Below the pieces are notes generated by a model. The model was not told where the DNA came from. It saw only the letters and a list, made by a program, of their open reading frames with translations, and searched no databases. Positions 31,177-32,575 of a stretch of DNA of 32,575 nucleotides are shown here, one piece after another. The stretch comes from an uncultured Candidatus Saccharibacteria bacterium (GTDB lineage: Bacteria > Patescibacteriota > Minisyncoccia > Phycocordibacterales > UBA918), in contig CAZCWH010000002.1 in the NCBI GenBank assembly GCA_964502345.1, forward strand, positions 1,649-34,223, given 5' to 3'. The first letter of the stretch is position 1; each line of letters starts with the position of its first letter. A program made the translations under genes and the position numbers.

Positions 31177-31953
31177 ATGGGGTATTATGGCTCTATGCCG
31201 CGAACTAAACACGTTGTCATAAGTGTTATTGCGATTATTCTGCTTTTGCTCGCCATTGCAATAATGGGCAGTTTTTCTAAGAAGAACGAAAGTATAACTA
31301 CCGTTTCAGTAAATGGTTTGTTTACTGAAGGAATGCCCGAACTTACGGTAGAGACAAGAGTCAAAGAAAATAAGCAAAGTATCCGAGATGCATTTCTCGC
31401 AAAACTTGGGCAGATGCCGAATAGCGCAAGTGTGGCAACGGTGGAAGAACCTGATGCTGTCGAAATCGAAAGTGATGTAGCCTCCACAGCACCCCCTTCG
31501 TTTGATTGGGGTATGTGGACTGCCCGCCTAGAAGAATTTGATAAGAAAAAAATAGTTGCCGATACCATTCTTCATGATTTTAAGGAACAGCTCCAGGTTG
31601 CAGAAGAAAAACGTGCCCAGCTCATGACGCTCATAGCAACGACTACCGCAACTTCATCATCTCAGAGTAATGTCCTTGATACGCAGATAGCATGTCTTGA
31701 TACCCAAATAGAGCGTGAGATGTTGATTGTAAAAGAGCTTGAGGGGATAGGAACAACCTCACTTGGTCTTTTGTACACAGCACTTATGGGAGAAATCGAA
31801 TTGCAGGTACGGAGTGAGGAGGTTACAAAGCTTTATGATCAGACCCTTCAGCTTGAGGCAAAGAACAGTATGCTTCTTAGTACCTATGCGGTGAGTGCAG
31901 TAAACTGTGAACGCCTCCATACAGACGCACTTCCACAAGCAGGGACACTATAG
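31177..31953 (+). CDS. N-terminally anchored hypothetical protein with a coiled-coil C-terminal half
   Basis: The ORF is open from TTG 31144. ATG 31177 and ATG 31195 both precede the TM segment VVISVIAIILLLLAIAIMG. I recognise no family. Confidence 0.5.
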   Translation: MGYYGSMPRTKHVVISVIAIILLLLAIAIMGSFSKKNESITTVSVNGLFTEGMPELTVETRVKENKQSIRDAFLAKLGQMPNSASVATVEEPDAVEIESDVASTAPPSFDWGMWTARLEEFDKKKIVADTILHDFKEQLQVAEEKRAQLMTLIATTTATSSSQSNVLDTQIACLDTQIEREMLIVKELEGIGTTSLGLLYTALMGEIELQVRSEEVTKLYDQTLQLEAKNSMLLSTYAVSAVNCERLHTDALPQAGTL

Positions 31954-31969
31954 ATTTAATCAATTTTTG

Positions 31970-31978
31970 TGGTATAAC
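31970..31978 (+). promoter_or_regulatory. Extended -10 element TGgTATAAC
   Basis: tttttgTGgTATAACaag, about 45 nt upstream of ATG 32023. Confidence 0.4.
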
Positions 31979-32022
31979 AAGTGTCGTTTTAGTTCGCTCA
32001 CTTGATTCTTGGAGGAGGAGTG

Positions 32023-32517
32023 ATGACCTCAATATACGTCCGGCCCCTTGGGCGCTTAGCCCGTTTTGGAAACGTAGTGATGGTTCCCTTCATGTATGCG
32101 CTCTCAGGGACAAGAGAGTCGCCACAGCGCACTCATTTCTGGAATAACAGCAAGCTGACAAGAGAGGATATCTCAAAACTCAATCTGTCCTACACCATAA
32201 TGGCTCGGGGCGATCCAAGTGCGAGTGTACGTTACTGGTGGAAATTTCCAGTCTTCCATGCTCCTATCGTTGGCGGATGGAGGAATTACATCGTCTTACA
32301 ATCATTACATATCCACACGCCTTGGTATGTGGGGTGGATTGCTGGAGATATCATTGGCGTTTCGCGACTCTCATTTCCCGCAGTGCGTGTATTGCGAGGG
32401 AAAAGGGATACAAGGTTCTTTGGTGTAACAGCCGATGGCACTCAAGTCCCACTTAAACACGTAGGTTGTGGACGAATTGGGGATGGAAGTCCGTACGGAG
32501 AGCTCCCGCTCCTGTAG
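32023..32517 (+). CDS. Hypothetical Trp/Arg/Gly-rich protein (164 aa)
   Basis: A strong SD (GGAGGAGGAG) lies immediately upstream of ATG 32023. The track ORF starts at TTG 32002. I recognise no family. A strong terminator follows. Confidence 0.5.
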   Translation: MTSIYVRPLGRLARFGNVVMVPFMYALSGTRESPQRTHFWNNSKLTREDISKLNLSYTIMARGDPSASVRYWWKFPVFHAPIVGGWRNYIVLQSLHIHTPWYVGWIAGDIIGVSRLSFPAVRVLRGKRDTRFFGVTADGTQVPLKHVGCGRIGDGSPYGELPLL

Positions 32518-32533
32518 GATGCTTGCTTTGGGT

Positions 32534-32561
32534 CCCGTGCACTGTGCACGGGCTTTTTTTT
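32534..32561 (+). terminator. Rho-independent terminator
   Basis: CCCGTGCAC-t-GTGCACGGG, a perfect 9-bp stem, followed by cTTTTTTTT. Confidence 0.75.
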
Positions 32562-32575
32562 ATGACTTATGACTT

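Noticed and set aside
1-32575. Recoded genetic code, mobile elements, DGR/retron, CRISPR-Cas, tRNA, rRNA or known ncRNAs (SRP, tmRNA, RNase P)
   Set aside because: Conserved genes terminate normally at TGA, TAA and TAG. I found no integrase, transposase, RT or cas-like ORFs, no long terminal or template/variable repeat pairs, and no tRNA-like or conserved ncRNA motifs on visual inspection. Automated scans could still find something I missed.

Overview
This is a gene-dense 32.6-kb window with about 40 CDS. I saw no rRNA, tRNA, CRISPR array, integrase, transposase or reverse transcriptase by eye. The standard genetic code fits: TGA, TAA and TAG all close conserved genes. The gene content suggests a small-genome anaerobe with a Gram-positive-type wall, reminiscent of Patescibacteria/CPR. 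That placement is inference only, because no search was possible and all family calls are from motif recollection.

Recognisable content:
- A DUF1428 fragment, a RibD_C/DHFR-like gene, pyrD and DUF2200.
- A 1245-aa wall-binding protein with beta-propeller, FN3, SH3b and PG-binding domains joined by three (Thr-Pro)n tracts.
- An apbE / 6-TM / Fre-like operon.
- An OmpR/HK two-component pair.
- A rubredoxin gene below the ORF-track cutoff.
- A translationally coupled nrdD-nrdG-nifS-iscU-fre-like operon, with a divergent Cys-motif ArsR regulator.
- rarA and dedA.
- A 1044-aa adhesin whose stop overlaps the start of a class F sortase.
- Two tandem CAP-domain genes.
- An ATP-grasp ligase.
- Several small secreted, membrane or orphan genes.

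Most interesting observations:
- The self-contained anaerobic RNR plus Fe-S assembly plus reductase operon.
- The operonic Fre / MsrQ-like / signal-less ApbE module.
- The adhesin-sortase F pair with a non-LPXTG sorting signal, preceded by a promoter / small-ORF / terminator cassette.
- A recurring pattern of -10 boxes 5-11 nt upstream of ATGs with no Shine-Dalgarno, which suggests leaderless mRNAs. This contrasts with three SD-led, hairpin-terminated orphan genes.
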